Source of the DNA: Euglena gracilis
Taxonomy: Eukaryota
Reading direction: 5' to 3'
Assembly: GCA_039621445.1 (NCBI GenBank)
Contig: CP154954.1
Location: 41,657,572 to 41,721,571 of the forward strand
DNA length: 64,000 bases
Shown here: positions 13,978-26,615 of the stretch, one piece after another
How positions within the stretch are numbered: position 1 is the stretch's first letter
How the letters are laid out: every line of letters begins with the position of its first letter
The notes under the pieces: model-generated
The model's input: only the letters and a program-made list of their open reading frames with translations
Told to the model about the DNA's origin: nothing
Databases searched by the model: none
Program-made: the position numbers and the translations under genes

Positions 13978-14629
13978 CCGAGCTGCTTGCCTTGGAACAA
14001 GCTGTCCACTTCGCCCATAACACTGGTCTCCATCCCTGCACTATTATTGGTGACAACCTTTCCTCTCTCCACCTCCTTTCACACTTCACTCCCTCCCTCT
14101 CAAACCTACCCCTTTGTAAAGACCTCCGCCGTTTACTGAACTTTCTTATGCGTACCAAACTCATTGCCCACCTACTTTGGTGCCCTTCGTCCCTCCAACC
14201 TGCTGACCCGATCTCCCGTTGGAACCTGTCCCCCTACTTATCACTCCCAAACCAATCTGTTGAAGAACGATTCTCCTCTCTCTGTCGTTCCTTCCATCAA
14301 TGCCGCCCCATCGGGATCCTTCACGGGTAACGGTGGGTGTGTTGTCCATTCCCATGTGTTCCCATGCTTCGCGGATCCTACGATCCCTGATCGCCAGATC
14401 CGCGACAGTAAATTAGGTATTGGCACTGTCCATCCCCTGTTCTGCAGTGCATTTTTCACGAAAGGAAGTACACTCTCTACCCCACCTCACCTTGCCACTG
14501 ATGCTCCATCGTGTCTCCGTTGAGGTGTTTTGTACAATATCTGACCACCTAAGAACGTTGCCGCCACCTTCGGGTGTGTTGTCCATTCCCTTTCTGTCCA
14601 TCCTTTTCTGGCTGAGAGCAAAAATGGTG

Positions 14630-15292
14630 TCAGGGGGGGCCATTGCAGGCCCATGGCCTTTGCAGGCCACTGGGACAAAATGGTGCAACAGGACAAAAAG
14701 GTGTCACAGGGGGGCCTTTGCAGGCCCAGGGCCTTTGCAGGCCACTGGAGCAAAATGGTGTTGGAGGGGGGCCTTTGCAGGCCCAGGGCCTTTGCAGGCC
14801 ACTGGGGCAAAATGGTGCAACAGACCGAAATGATGTTACAGGGGGGCCTTTGCAGGCCCAGTGACTTTGCAGGACATTGGGGTAAAACAGTGTCACTGAG
14901 GGGTTGGGGTGGCAAAATGCTTTTCAATGTCAAGTCAAAACTGCTGCAAAAAGTGTCACTGAGGGGTTGGGGTGGCAAAATGTTTTTCAATGTCCAGCCA
15001 AAACTGCTGCAAAATGTGTCACAGCTTTTGGTGTAACATGTGCTGTGAAAACTGGGGTTTGCCACTTCAATTGATCACAGGTTTGGGATGCAATGCAGAA
15101 CACAGAAAAGAAGACACTGGAGCTGAAAGTGGCACCTGATGGTTGGCAGATGGGGGGCCTTTGCAGGCCCAATGGGGGGGGCCTTTGCAGGCTCAATGGG
15201 GGGGGGCCTTTGCAGGCCCAAGACGAGGGGCCTTTGCAGGCCCAGAGGGAGGGGCTTTGCAGGCCCAATGGGGGGGGGCCTTTGCAGGCCCA
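14630..15292. repeat. Cluster of short palindromic GGGCCT-TTGC-AGGCCC repeats plus a ~61-bp duplication (about 14890-15020)
   Basis: More than 10 copies directly visible. Confidence 0.85.
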
Positions 15293-16538
15293 ATAGGAAC
15301 CAGCAGGGCTGAAAAGCCCAGTAAGTCGAACTTCTGGGGCTGCAGATAAGGGCTGAGAAACCCACTTCAACTGGAGAACTTGTCCTCGAACTGCACTGCA
15401 CCTTGGTCTCGGCTATGAACTTGAACTTGAACTTGAACCCTTTTTCTTTGAACTTGATACCAGCACTTGTTACTTGAATTGTTCTTGTAACTTGAACTGC
15501 CAGGGACTTCACCTTGACCAGCACTTTTAACTTGAACCCCTCCAGGGGCTTTCACTTCTCGACCATGTGATATGTCGAAAAAAAATAGACACCCAGAAAG
15601 TTTTTGCGCATTAGGACTTCCCTGCCTATTGTCGGACCAGAATTCGCCCTCAGGTGACACCTCTGAACTGTGTGTGGGATCGACCGGAGACACCAAAAAA
15701 AAGTTTGAAATCCCACCCCCACCTCTTGTCTCAAGGATGCAAAAATCATCGCAGATTTTCCGAGAAAGGAGAAAATTTTTGTTTCTTCACACCAAGTGTC
15801 AATATGCCAATGGTCTCAATCAAAGATTTTCACCTGAACTTTGCGTCCAAGTGGATGCACATGGGTTGTGCCGCAAATGCTCCAACGCTCTGAACTGGCA
15901 TGGCCACAATCCATTCACCCTGTCTGCAGGCAACCAATGTCATCCCCTCAGTTTGATGATTTTTTGCCCCTTCCAAATTCCATTTACACTGAGCTTGAAC
16001 TTCCAACTGACTTGTGGACCAAGGCAGTCAAGCTCCTCCTTTATCATCCCAGTGGGTGTGTCCAGGTGGGGTGGTACGGTGAATCGCAAGGGAAGTAAGG
16101 GAAGGGAATCGGCCAAACAGCCATCGACCCCTCCCACCTCCTCCCGTATTTTCGGGAGCACCAATTTTCGACCCCAAAATTTTTTCCCGGATTTGTTAAA
16201 AAAAACCTGTGAAATTGCTGCAGTGGGGTGGGTCGACCCCCCCCCCCCCCCCCGGATGGGGAGTCGACCCACCCAACAGGCCCTCCCGAACTGCCCCCCA
16301 ATGATCCATGGGTTTTCATTCATTTGCGGTGGACAATGGGCACTCCTTTATCTGATGGTTCCATCAGACACGCAAATGCCATGCCCCCCCCCCCGAGCTG
16401 TCCCCCCCCCCCTAGCATTGCGGCGAAAGAAATATTGAAATATTTCATGAAATTTCACAAATATATTTTCTTATCGGTGAAAGATTTAAAAACGTGTTCA
16501 GCCCGCCAAATGCCTGCCCTGAAATTCGTGGTCATGAA

Positions 16539-16692
16539 CACGTTTTCAATGAGGGCATTTGTGGCAATGACACGTTTTCCATCAAGGCATCTGTGTTCAG
16601 GCACGTTTTCAATGAGGGCATTTGTGGCAATGACACGTTTTCCATTAAGGCATCTGTGTTCAGGCACGTTTTCCATTAGGGCATCTGTGGCA
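16539..16692. repeat. 63-bp tandem repeat (two related ~31-bp halves), about 2.4 copies
   Basis: cacgttttcaatgagggcatttgtggcaatgacacgttttccat... repeated. Confidence 0.85.
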
Positions 16693-16806
16693 ACCCCGAG
16701 CAAGAAGCAAAAATCGCTGTCATGAAAAAACGGCGTGCGGTTGAGAGGCCGGGTGGTCCTCAACGGGTGAGGCGGGTCGGGGGCACTCTAACAACACGAC
16801 AGAAGG

Positions 16807-17094
16807 CTAGGTTGCCTTGGAGCACAACGACAGGGAGTGGCGGACTTCACGGCACACGACACGCTTTACACAAAAAGAGCCATACTTTGGTGGCTCTTTT
16901 GCCAAATCTTGGCAATGAAAATGATATGCCAATCCGCAGGCGTCACAGACAACTTTGTTCAGCTCCACACAATTTGGATTTTTGGGAATGGCAACACCAC
17001 AAAAACCACATTTCTCTTGTTTTACGTGTTCAGGGGGCCCCCTTCGGGCCCCCTGGCTGAACACGTTTTCAGGCTGAAATCTGGGCTCAGCCAC
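16807..17094 (-). CDS. PHD-finger-like fragment (exon or transposase C-terminus remnant)
   Basis: CGFC...CDACGLAYHFHC...C spacing resembles the C4HC3 PHD pattern; the last Cys pair is irregular. Confidence 0.5.
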   Translation of the reverse strand: MAEPRFQPENVFSQGARRGPPEHVKQEKCGFCGVAIPKNPNCVELNKVVCDACGLAYHFHCQDLAKEPPKYGSFCVKRVVCREVRHSLSLCSKAT

Positions 17095-17799
17095 AATTTG
17101 TATGTAGAAATGTGTACCATCCTATCAACCTATTTGAATAGGAAAAGCATGAGGAGGTCCTGGTGGATCCTTCATGGTTGCAAAAATGAAGGAAATATTT
17201 TTCAGTTTCCGAAATATTTCCGAAATGTTTCTGAAATATTTCTGAAATGAAATTTATTTTCCCAATCTTTCGAAAGATACCCAATGCCACCCCCCCTCCC
17301 GAGCTATTCCCATAGGGGGGTTGGTTCACCCCTCCCCCCCCCTCTCCGAGGGGCTCGCCACGCCATTTCCCCCCTCCCCCCCCCCCCTAGCCAGACCCCC
17401 TTGCCACGCCACCTGTTACATTTTGCAACCATGGTACACCCCTCCCCCCCCCTCCGAGACCCGCTCGCCACGCCATTTACCCCCTCCCCTCCCCCCTATT
17501 CGGACCCCCTCGCCACGGCGTACCAACCCCCCATAGGAGGGACGGGAATAACTCACTGTCATAGCACTTTTTATAAAGAACTTCCGAAAGAAGTGCTCAA
17601 AAATCGACCTTTTTGGGACGTTTTCAAAAATCACTTTTTGTCGAATGTGCATTGACCATTTTTTGCAAACATCCAAAAAAAGTTGCCAAAAATGACCCCT
17701 TTTGGGCTGCCCGAGGGTCGGGTATGGGAACAGCTCGGGGGGGGGTACTTGTCTGTTAGTCGATCCACGGCAAAACAGGTCGATCCACACCTATTTTTA

Positions 17800-18035
17800 C
17801 CCCCCCCCTAGTCGTACGACCACCCTCTGCCGGCGCGAAGCGCCGGATTTTTGAAAAATGGGACATTTGGGGGGGGTAAATCTGCCATTTTGGGACAGTT
17901 TTCACACACTTCTACGACCGCCCCCTCATCTATGACCACCCCCCGGTCACAGGTTGCAGGTTATGGGGGTGTTATGACCACCCCCCCCCCCGGTCACAGG
18001 TTGCAGGAACCCGGTCATACGACTAGGGGGGGGGG
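17800..18035. mobile_element. TA-flanked MITE
   Basis: TIR (c)n-tagtcgtacgacc/ggtcatacgacta-(g)n; TA on both sides. Confidence 0.7.
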
Positions 18036-18105
18036 TAGGTACCTCCACCTATTTTTGGGTCGATGGTCAGAAGGTACGGCTGGTGTCGGCACAGGAGAGA
18101 GTTAT

Positions 18106-18306
18106 GGTTAGGGTTAGGGTTTAGGGTTTTGGGTTTGGGTTTGGGTTTAGGGTTGGGTTAGGGTTTAGGGTTTTGGGTTTGGGTTTGGGTTTAGGGTTGG
18201 GTTAGGGTTTAGGTAACCCTAACCCTAACCCAAACCCAGAACCCTAACCCTAACTCTAACCCTGATCCCTGACCCTAACCCTCACTCTCTACTCTAACCC
18301 AAACCC
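18106..18306. repeat. Head-to-head degenerate telomere-like repeats (TTAGGG/TTTAGGG/TTTGGG, then CCCTAA)
   Basis: G-strand repeats to about 18213, C-strand repeats after; flanked by a 30-bp inverted repeat at 18065-18094/18315-18344. Confidence 0.9.
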
Positions 18307-18651
18307 TTTAGACACTGTGCCGACACCAGCCGTATCTTCTGACCCTGTTTTGTGCTTTCCCTGTCCATCAGTGAGCCAAAGTAGGCCAAAAATAGGTGTG
18401 GATCGACTAACAGACTTGATGCACTGCTGTGGATCGACTAACAGACAAGTACCGGGGGACCTAGGTCCCCGAGCTGTCCCCCCCGTACTGTTCCCATTGG
18501 GGGAGTGCCAAACGGTAGACTGGGGGGGGGGGGTAGTGGGTAGTCGGCCGACTAGTCGGCCGACCAATTGGGTAGTCGGCCGACTAATTGGTTGGCCGAC
18601 TAGTCGGCGGACCAATTGGGTAGTCGGCCGACTACCCACTCTAATGTACTA

Positions 18652-18831
18652 CCACCCCCCCCCCCTTTATTGTCCCACCGACCTGCCCCCGGGAGGCCCG
18701 ACCGGACAATAAAGGGGGGGGGACAATAAAGGGGTACCAAAGGAATTTCATTGGCCGGGCCAAAAAAACCCCCCGTCGGCCGGGGCCCAGGGACAATAAA
18801 GGGGGGGGGACAATAAAGGGGGGGGGGGTGG
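18652..18831. mobile_element. ~180-bp TA-flanked MITE (CCACCCCC-TTTATTGTCCC TIR); near-identical inverted copy at 23159-23339
   Basis: TIRs, TA flanks, second copy in opposite orientation. Confidence 0.85.
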
Positions 18832-19912
18832 TACAGTTGGGGTTTTTTGGGGCCCCCCCCCCCTCCCCCCCCTGTACAGTTGGGATTTTTGGGACCCCCC
18901 CCCAGTGCCGAACGGTCCGAGACAGATGAAAATTTTGACACCAAAAATGGCCTTTTTGGACCAAAAAAAGGCCCTAAAAAATTTTTCCGGCGCCTTCGGC
19001 GCCGGTTTTTGGCCAATTTTTGAGGGGGGGTTGGCAGTACAGTTGGGACCCCAGGACCCTCCCCCCCCCCTGTGTTGAGACAGTACAGCAAAAAGTGCCA
19101 AAAAAATGCAAAAAAAAACTGACCTCGGGACCCCCCCTCCCCCCCCCTGCCAAAGCTCCATTATGGTCAGTTTTCGACTTACGTCAGGGAAGGGTTGATA
19201 CAGGGTACCCTAACCCCAATCCCCCCGCAAAAGGTCGAAAGGGCACGTCAATTAACATGTCCCCCCCTTCCTACATGACAATTTTTGTGTAGTGCTGAGC
19301 CCTGGGACCCCTTACGGCCCCGGGATCCTTTATGGGGTGTAGGGGACGGGGGGGGGGGACACGAGGGGGGGGGTGACGCGGGGGAGACGCCATTTTTGGG
19401 ACGGAATCAGCCTCCTAAAGTTGGCTGTCTCGAGAACAAAATTTTGGTTCGAAAGTGGGACGCGGGGGGGATGCGGGGTGGGGGGGGTGGCGGGGGAGAC
19501 ACCCCGAAGGGGCGAAAGGCGGTAGCCTGGGGGGGGGGGTAGTGGGTAGTCGGCCGACTAGGGGGGTCGGCACGCCGTGGCGAGGTTTCCGGCTAGGGGG
19601 GGGGGGAGGGGGGGTTTTTGGCGTTTTTTGGCGTGGCGAGGGGGTCCCGGATGGGGGGGGGGAGGGGTGCGCGGGGGTTTACCAAGAAAATTTTCTTTGG
19701 CGGGCCTGACATGGCGTGGCGAGGGGGTCGGAAAAGGGGGGGGCGGGGGGGGGAAAATGGGGTGGCGTGGCGAGGGGGTCGGTGAGGGGGGGGGGGGGAG
19801 GGGGGTGCCGACCCCCCCTAGTCGGCCGACTACCCAATTGGTCCCCCGACTAGGCCTAGGCGGTAGCTAGTCGGCGAGACAGGGGGGGGGGTAGTGGGTA
19901 GTCGGCCAACTA

Positions 19913-21081
19913 CCACCCCCCCCCTTTATTTGAGCACACCTACGGGCCAACGGACCCCCCAAATGCTCTACTACAAAAAAGAGGTCTCGGACGCCGGTTC
20001 TGTCCAAAGCCCGGCGTTCCAAACGCCGGTTCCGTCCGAAGGACGGAACCGGCGTTTGGAACGCCGGGCTTTGGACAGAACCGGCGTCCGAGACCTCTTG
20101 TTTAAGCCGGCGTTTTAGAGACGCCGGGCTCAGGACAGAACCGGCGTCCCCACCCTTCGGCCAAAGGACACTCCCAGGACCAATCTCCGACCACTTAACT
20201 GCAATGTCACCACTTTGCACTTCACCAAATTCCGGCGATCGCGAGGGTATTTCTGGCTGTGTCAATCGTCCAGGTATAAAATCACCCCTCGATCGAAAGC
20301 TCTTTTCATCAGACGACTGGCGATCACCACCAAATTCAGCCACGTCGCCTGGAGGTCTTATTTTCTGTCAGTGGGGAATCCTAATTTCACAACTCTGGTG
20401 CCCCCCCAAGGCCCTCAGGTCGTTGATTCGAAGAGGAAAAACGTTTCTGTAAGGTTTATTAAGCATCTTAAACCAAAAATCACTGAAAATTGCGACAAAT
20501 TTCGACTCAGATTCTGTCCGATCCGACGATCGCGAGCGTATCTCGGGCTGCGTGCAACGTTAGGGTACCAAGTTACCCCTCGATCGAAAGCTCTTTTCAA
20601 CAGACGACCAGCGGTGCTCATCAGACCTTTCCACGCTGCACGGTACTCTATTTCCAAATCTGGGCCAATTTTCACCAAATTTGGATATCCACCCCAGTGG
20701 TCCCCAGATGGCAAAATTCATTGTCCTTGATGGTTGAAACACTCATACCAGCACCTTAGGGCCACTTTTGGGCACTTTTGGTGACATTTTTTGGAATGAA
20801 AATCGGACGCCGGGCTTTAGACAAAGCCGGCGTTCCTAACGCCGGGCTTTAGGACAGAACCGGCGTCCGAAAGCCCGTGGGGGGGGACGCCGGTTCTGTC
20901 CTGAGCCCGGCGTCTCAAACGCCGGCTTAAATAAGGGGGGGGGTCAAATAAGGGGGGGGGTCAAAAATTCCTTTAGAAATAGGGCAAAAAAAATTTTCGG
21001 CGCCTTCGGCGCATGAAAAAAAAAATTTCCCGGACCCAAATGCTCAATTAAGGGGGGGGGTCAAATAAAGGGGGGGGGTGG
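19913..21081. mobile_element. 1.17-kb TA-flanked non-autonomous element
   Basis: TIR ccaccccccccctttatttga/tcaaataaagggggggggtgg; TA TSD; internal AACCGGCGT palindromic repeats. Confidence 0.8.
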
Positions 21082-21112
21082 TAGTCGGCCGACTACCCAC
21101 TCTAATGTACTA

Positions 21113-23156
21113 ACGGGTCAAAACCGCCGACTTTTAAGCCCCCCCCCCCCATGAACAAAATCCAATGGAAACTAGTCGGTGGCTAGTCGGCGGTCATAAA
21201 AATGGTCTGTGGCGGGCCCAAATCACCCGGAAATGGTCCGGATGGGTCCAAATAAGTGTCTTACGCCTAAATAAACACCCCCAGATGGAAATCTTTGGTC
21301 AGTGGGGGGTCGGTGGGCCCTTGATGGGGGTCCGGAGGGGTAAAAAACCAATGATGAAACAGGGATTACATTAAAATCCTTTAGAAATGCAATCTGCAAT
21401 CTGCGTTCTGCATCACGAGAGGCAGAAAACTCCCCCCTCCACCCCAATCCGAGACTCAAATAACAAAATCCCTTCTGTGCTGGCAACATACTCGGGGGCT
21501 AAGCCGTTTTTTGTGGCTCACTTTGGCATAGGCGGGGGGGGCTCCGCAAAGTACACCTCTCCCCATTGAATTTTCTGATACGAAAACTGTGTCCAGAACG
21601 CCGGTTCGGACCACGGAACTGTGTTCCAGAACGCCGGTTCGGGCGGCAGCCCGAACCGGCGTTCTGGAACACAGTTCCGTGGTCCGAACCGGCGTTCTGG
21701 ACACAGTTGTTGAAACCGTGGATTAGGGGCTCTGGCTTCACGCCCGAACCGGCATTCAAGGAATCCAGGTCAATTTCGGCCTAAATACCACCTCCCCCCC
21801 CCCTAATTGACCCCCCCCTCTAATTGACCAAACGCCCCGGGGAAATTTTTTCGACCCCCCCCCTAATTGACTACCCGGGGGGATTCTGTGCTGAAGCACC
21901 CCCCAATTGACGGTACCCCCCCCCTAATTGACCAACCCCCCCCTAATTGAACCCCCCCCCTAATTGACCAAAAGGGGGGTCCCGTGGAGAGGTCCCACGG
22001 TCAATTAGGGGGGGGGGGAGGTGGTACCCATTTTTCGAACATTTTGGAGCATTTTGGGCTCCTTTCGGCGCATGGCCATATCGACCGGCCGATTGAAGTT
22101 TTCACCCGTCTGGTGCCATGTTACCCATCGATCGAAAGCTCTTCTCAAGTGCTTTTGGCAGATGGCCACAGGATTCAGCAATAATCCACACAGCGCTTAT
22201 TTTCAGCGATCGTGCATTCCAAAATTTGACATCCTAATTTGTGAAATCCCACACCTGAGGTGCCATACAGCACATCAATCGAAAGCTCTCGCCAAGGCCT
22301 TTCATTTGGTACCCACAGAACTCAGCTATACTGCAGAGCACTCTGAAAATCGGCGATCGCATTTTCCGACCTGTTTGCAAAGTCGAAATTCCCATGTTTC
22401 ACCGGCCATGTTGCCCATCGATCGAAAGCTCTTCTCAGGGGCTTTCAGCAGATGTCCTTAGATTTCAGCCGTGCTGCATGGTATTATATTTCAAAAATTC
22501 CCTAAATTTGGCCGAATGGAAATTCTTGCACAAAATACCCCAATATCTGGCCAATTACCTCCCAAAAACTGCTCAGATGTGATTGCCACATGTCTACTAA
22601 GCATTTTGAACACTTTTTGGCACTTTTTATTTTCGGTCCCCTGGACGCTATCTTCCCATCTTCCCGCCCGAACCGGCGTTCCAGAACGCCGGTTCGGCGC
22701 AAAAATTTCTGCGCCGAACCGGCGTTCTGGAACGCCGGTTCGGGCGTGAAGCCAGAGCCCCAATACACGGTTTCAATATAAGTCAAAATTTGCACAAAAA
22801 AAGGGTCTTATCCCTCCAAGTCCATAGCCAACATAGAAGGGATTTTGTTATTTGAGGGGGGGGGGTGCGGGGGGGGGCGGAGCCCCCCCCCGCCTATGCC
22901 AAAGTAAGCCACAAAAACGACTTAGCCCCCGAGTATGTTGCCAACACAGAAGGGATTTTGTTATTTGAGGGGGGGGTGCGGGGGGGCCTTTTGTCAAAAG
23001 TGGCCCAAAATGGACATTTTCCCCCAATTTTTTTGCGTATTCACCCCCGATTTGGGGGTTCTGGAGCCATTTGGGTGGGTTTTGACTGGTGTTGAGGAGA
23101 TTTAGACAAAAAAAATTCCCAGGGGGGGGGCTTAAAAGTCGGCGGTTTTGACCCGT
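21113..23156. mobile_element. 2.0-kb TA-flanked element with long internal inverted arms and a nested MITE (about 21788-22025)
   Basis: TIR acgggtcaaaaccgccgacttttaagccccc; inner inverted arms about 21457-21545/22880-22970 and 21727-21756/22730-22761. Confidence 0.8.
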
Positions 23157-24128
23157 TACCACCCCCCCCCCCCTTTATTGTCCCCCCCCCTTTATTGTCC
23201 CTGGGCCCCGGCCGACGGGGGGTTTTTTTGGCCCGGCCAATGAAATTCCTTTGGTACCCCTTTATTGTCCCCCCCCCTTTATTGTCCGGTCGGGCCTCCC
23301 GGGGGCAGGTCGGTGGGACAATAAAGGGGGGGGGGGTGGTACTGCCGTCGCCCCAATGGTAACCCCTCACCCTCACATTCAACCCTCAAATTCAAGCCCA
23401 ACCTGAATCCTGTGTTTGACCCAAATTTGGGGGGGCCTTTGGCGTCAAAGGCACCGAAGGAAAATGGCCACTTTGAGAAGGGGTAAACAAAATGTGTCAA
23501 AATTTTTGGCCTGTTTGGGGGGGGGACACTTTGAGGGGGGTGAGGATATGAGTTTACTGCTTTGTACTGTCAGAATCTTGGCTGGAGAGCATTGATAAAA
23601 GTGAGCCCACATTGGTCGGGAAGGCGTGCCCTGTAGATCTTCGGCTCAAAGATGAAATGAGCTTTGGAGCTCCCTTCGATGGGTGCAGTGATCATGCCCA
23701 CACCTTTCCCTGTTGTTTTTTTAAAAAAAAATCAACAATCAAGTATTGCGGGAGTCTGCTTGACATCATAAAACCAGAAATGTGATGGGGAACCTTTCTT
23801 GGGGAGTGCCCTTGAAAAAAGTTGTCAATGTCCGCAGAACACAAACCCTCCCTTTCCCCCCGTTTTTGTGCCCCCCCCCCCCCCGAAAGCAAGAACAGAT
23901 GCTAACTCGCTTCTGTATGGTTCATTATGCTTCTTAAACCAAACATCCAATTCTTAAAACAAACACAAATTTCGACTCTGATCGATCCGACGATCGCGAG
24001 CGCATCTCTGCTGCGTGCAATGTTGGGTTGAAAGCTCTTTTCAACAGACGTCCAGTGATGGTAGTCAGATTTTTCCATGCTCGGTACCCATATTCTAAAA
24101 CAGGAACAATGTTCACCAAAATTGGATA

Positions 24129-24769
24129 ACCCCCCCCCCATTTAAACCGACCCGTCGGTTTAGGACTTTTGGGTTGGCGGAAATCCTGGAGGGGGTCGGT
24201 TTAGACGGGGGGTCGGTTTCAGAGGGAGCACATGGCTGGCCGACGGCATGACGGAAGCAGGTTGATGTTAGCAAGGCAATTTCAATTGGCAAATGCCCAA
24301 TTTGGTCGGCCAATTCCTAACTTTGAGTGACAAATGCCTAATTTGGGATGCAAATTCTTAATTTTCGTGGGCAAATGCTGAATTTTGGGTGTAATATCCA
24401 GTTTTTTGGTGGCAAACTGCCTAATTTTGGGTACAAACTTCAAATTTTAGATAGCAAATACCAAATTTTGTAATTTTTGGTTTCAACACCAAATTTTCGG
24501 AGGAAAATGCCAAATTTGAGGTGCAAACTCCAAAATTTGGAAGCAAATGCCTGATTTTGGGTGTAAAATCCCAATTTTGGGTCATCAATACTAATTATTC
24601 AATGAACATGGACGCTCTGTCCGTTGGCGGCTTCCATTATGCTGTGCATGTTTGTCATCCAACTTGCCATGGGTCAGTTTATTTCTTTTTTTGGTTGAAA
24701 TTCTGCAATGGGTCGGTTTGGAAGGGTAGGTCGGTTTAGAAGGGGAGTCGGTTTAAATGGGGGGGGGTT
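24129..24769. mobile_element. TA-flanked MITE with internal degenerate ~21-bp repeats
   Basis: TIR accccccccc-atttaaaccgac; an empty paralogous site (ttggata|tccacccc) is visible near 20681-20700. Confidence 0.75.
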
Positions 24770-26205
24770 TACCCACCCTGGTAGTCCCCAAATGGCAAAT
24801 TGCATTCTACTGCATGGTTGAAACGGTCATATCAGGACCTCAACAACCAATTTGGGCATTTTTTTGGCTCTTTTGATGACATTTGTCGTTGATGGCAGAA
24901 CCGGCGTTAGGAACGCCGGGTTAAAAACAGAACTGCCGTTCCTCACCCCTTTCTCACAGACAGAACCAACGTTCCTAAAACCAGTGGGGGGGGAACGCTG
25001 GTTCTGTTGTGAACCCGGCGTCTGACGCCGGGTTAAATCTTCGCCAAACACAATTTCAGACCAAGAAGGTTTAAGGGGGGCCCAGGGGCGCCTCGCAACC
25101 TGACCCCAGGGTACCCCAACTCCTGGCCCAAACTAATTTTGATTTTGCGAAGTTTCAGTTTGCCCCTTTTTTGACCCTCTCGTCCCTCCTTGTGGGGAGG
25201 TGTGGCTTTGGGTCATGCTCTTCCAACCCTGGCAGTGTGGGGTATCTGAGTTTACCGAACAGCTTCAACTCTGCCCCTGAATTGAGCAGGCTGTTTTCCC
25301 TCAAAGTGGATTCCCCCTGTCGCCAGGCATTGGAAGGCGCCAGAAACCTTAACCCCCTTAAAAACCTCAACTCCGTAAGGAGGGCGTAGTTGTTCAAAAA
25401 TGGCCTGTTGGCAACTCTGGACAGCCCTTATGCTGCCATTGCGGTTCCAGATATTATCCAGACCATGCCGCCAAAGGACTTCTTTGTCAGCCATAAGAAG
25501 CAGGCTGACCCGTCAATTGAAAGTAGACAGGATTGGATTTATTTCTACCGGCGCAATCTAAACAACATCGTTTCCAACTGTAAATGTATTGCAGAATGTG
25601 TTTTGGTGTAGCCTGGTGTAGCTCCTCCAGGTTAAGTGAATCGATCGTCCGGACCCACCCACCCACCCCCAACACGACTTGGTAACACAAGGGATGTTGT
25701 TATTTTGGGGCCCTCGAACAGTTGAGCAACAAAAGGGATTTGCCCCCCCCCCAAAATGTTCGTTCTTTGAGTGGCGTGGATTGAACACACAAGAAAATTC
25801 CAGTGTGTTTTTGGGGGGGTGAGGTCCTGTGGTGGGCCGACCCCAGGGTCTGCCCACTACACAGTCCGGATCTCCTCAATATTCTACTGGAGACCTTCCA
25901 CCGCTGGGCGACTGCCAGCGATATGGGCGTGCCGGTGGCGGGTATCCGACTGCCCTCCATCAGCTTTGCGGACGATGTGGCCTTGATTGCCGCCTCGGCC
26001 ACAGAAATGACGGCCCTCATCCGAGCACACCTCCAGGTGGGTGACCTGGACATTGTTTCCTCTTCAGGTTTTCGCTTTGTCGGTGTGGAGCTGGGCTTGC
26101 CAGAGCCCCAGGCCTCGGAGGTGCACTTCGCCCCTCGCCTGGGCAAGGCCTTGGAGACCCTGCGCCGGCTGAAGGCTCCCCCTGCCGTCCTCCCTGTGCT
26201 CCCTC

Positions 26206-26615
26206 CATAGTGGGCATTTTTTGTTTTTTTAAAAAAAAACAAAACAACGTGTTTTTTTTAAAAAAACACTAAAAAAACATCAAAAAAAAACAAAAGGGAG
26301 ATTTCATTCAGAAAACTCGTTATGAAACACCCAAACCATACTTTGAATCCTACTCAGTTCAAAAAGTGCCAAAAATGGTCGAAAGCATCCAAAAAAAGCA
26401 AAGAAATGCAATTTTATGACTTTTTCCATTTTTTACAGGAGGTAGTTTTTGGCAAAACTGACCCAAAAGTTGCCAAAAATGACCGAAAATACACATTCAA
26501 AAAATTTTCTTTGCAAAACCTAGTGGGGTTTTTTTGTTTTTTTTTTAAAAAAAACATTGTTAGAAATATAAAAAACAAAAAAACAACGTCAAAAAAAACA
26601 GGCATGCCCACTATG
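26206..26615. mobile_element. hAT-like MITE (CATAGTGGGCA TIR); copies in each tandem unit (e.g. 30596-30997) and a relative at 55265-55664
   Basis: TIR catagtgggcat/atgcccactatg; TSD gctccctc (1 mismatch in copy 1, perfect in copies 2-4). Confidence 0.9.

Larger units (their letters stand above)
3869..14330 (+). pseudogene. DIRS/tyrosine-recombinase-retrotransposon-like RT C-terminus plus RNase H, in four pieces (3869-3997, 4655-4699, 4943-5276, 13987-14330)
   Basis: Motifs LLISPKSSLVPTQEITWLGKVF (RT), LIFVDA, QQRAEL|LALEQAV, IIGDN, LLWCPSSLQPADPISR (RNase H). Removing three insertions plus one TSD each gives one continuous frame. No YxDD or recombinase recognised in the window. Confidence 0.7.

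Noticed and set aside
18106-18306. True chromosome end
   Set aside because: Short, degenerate, internal and in both orientations
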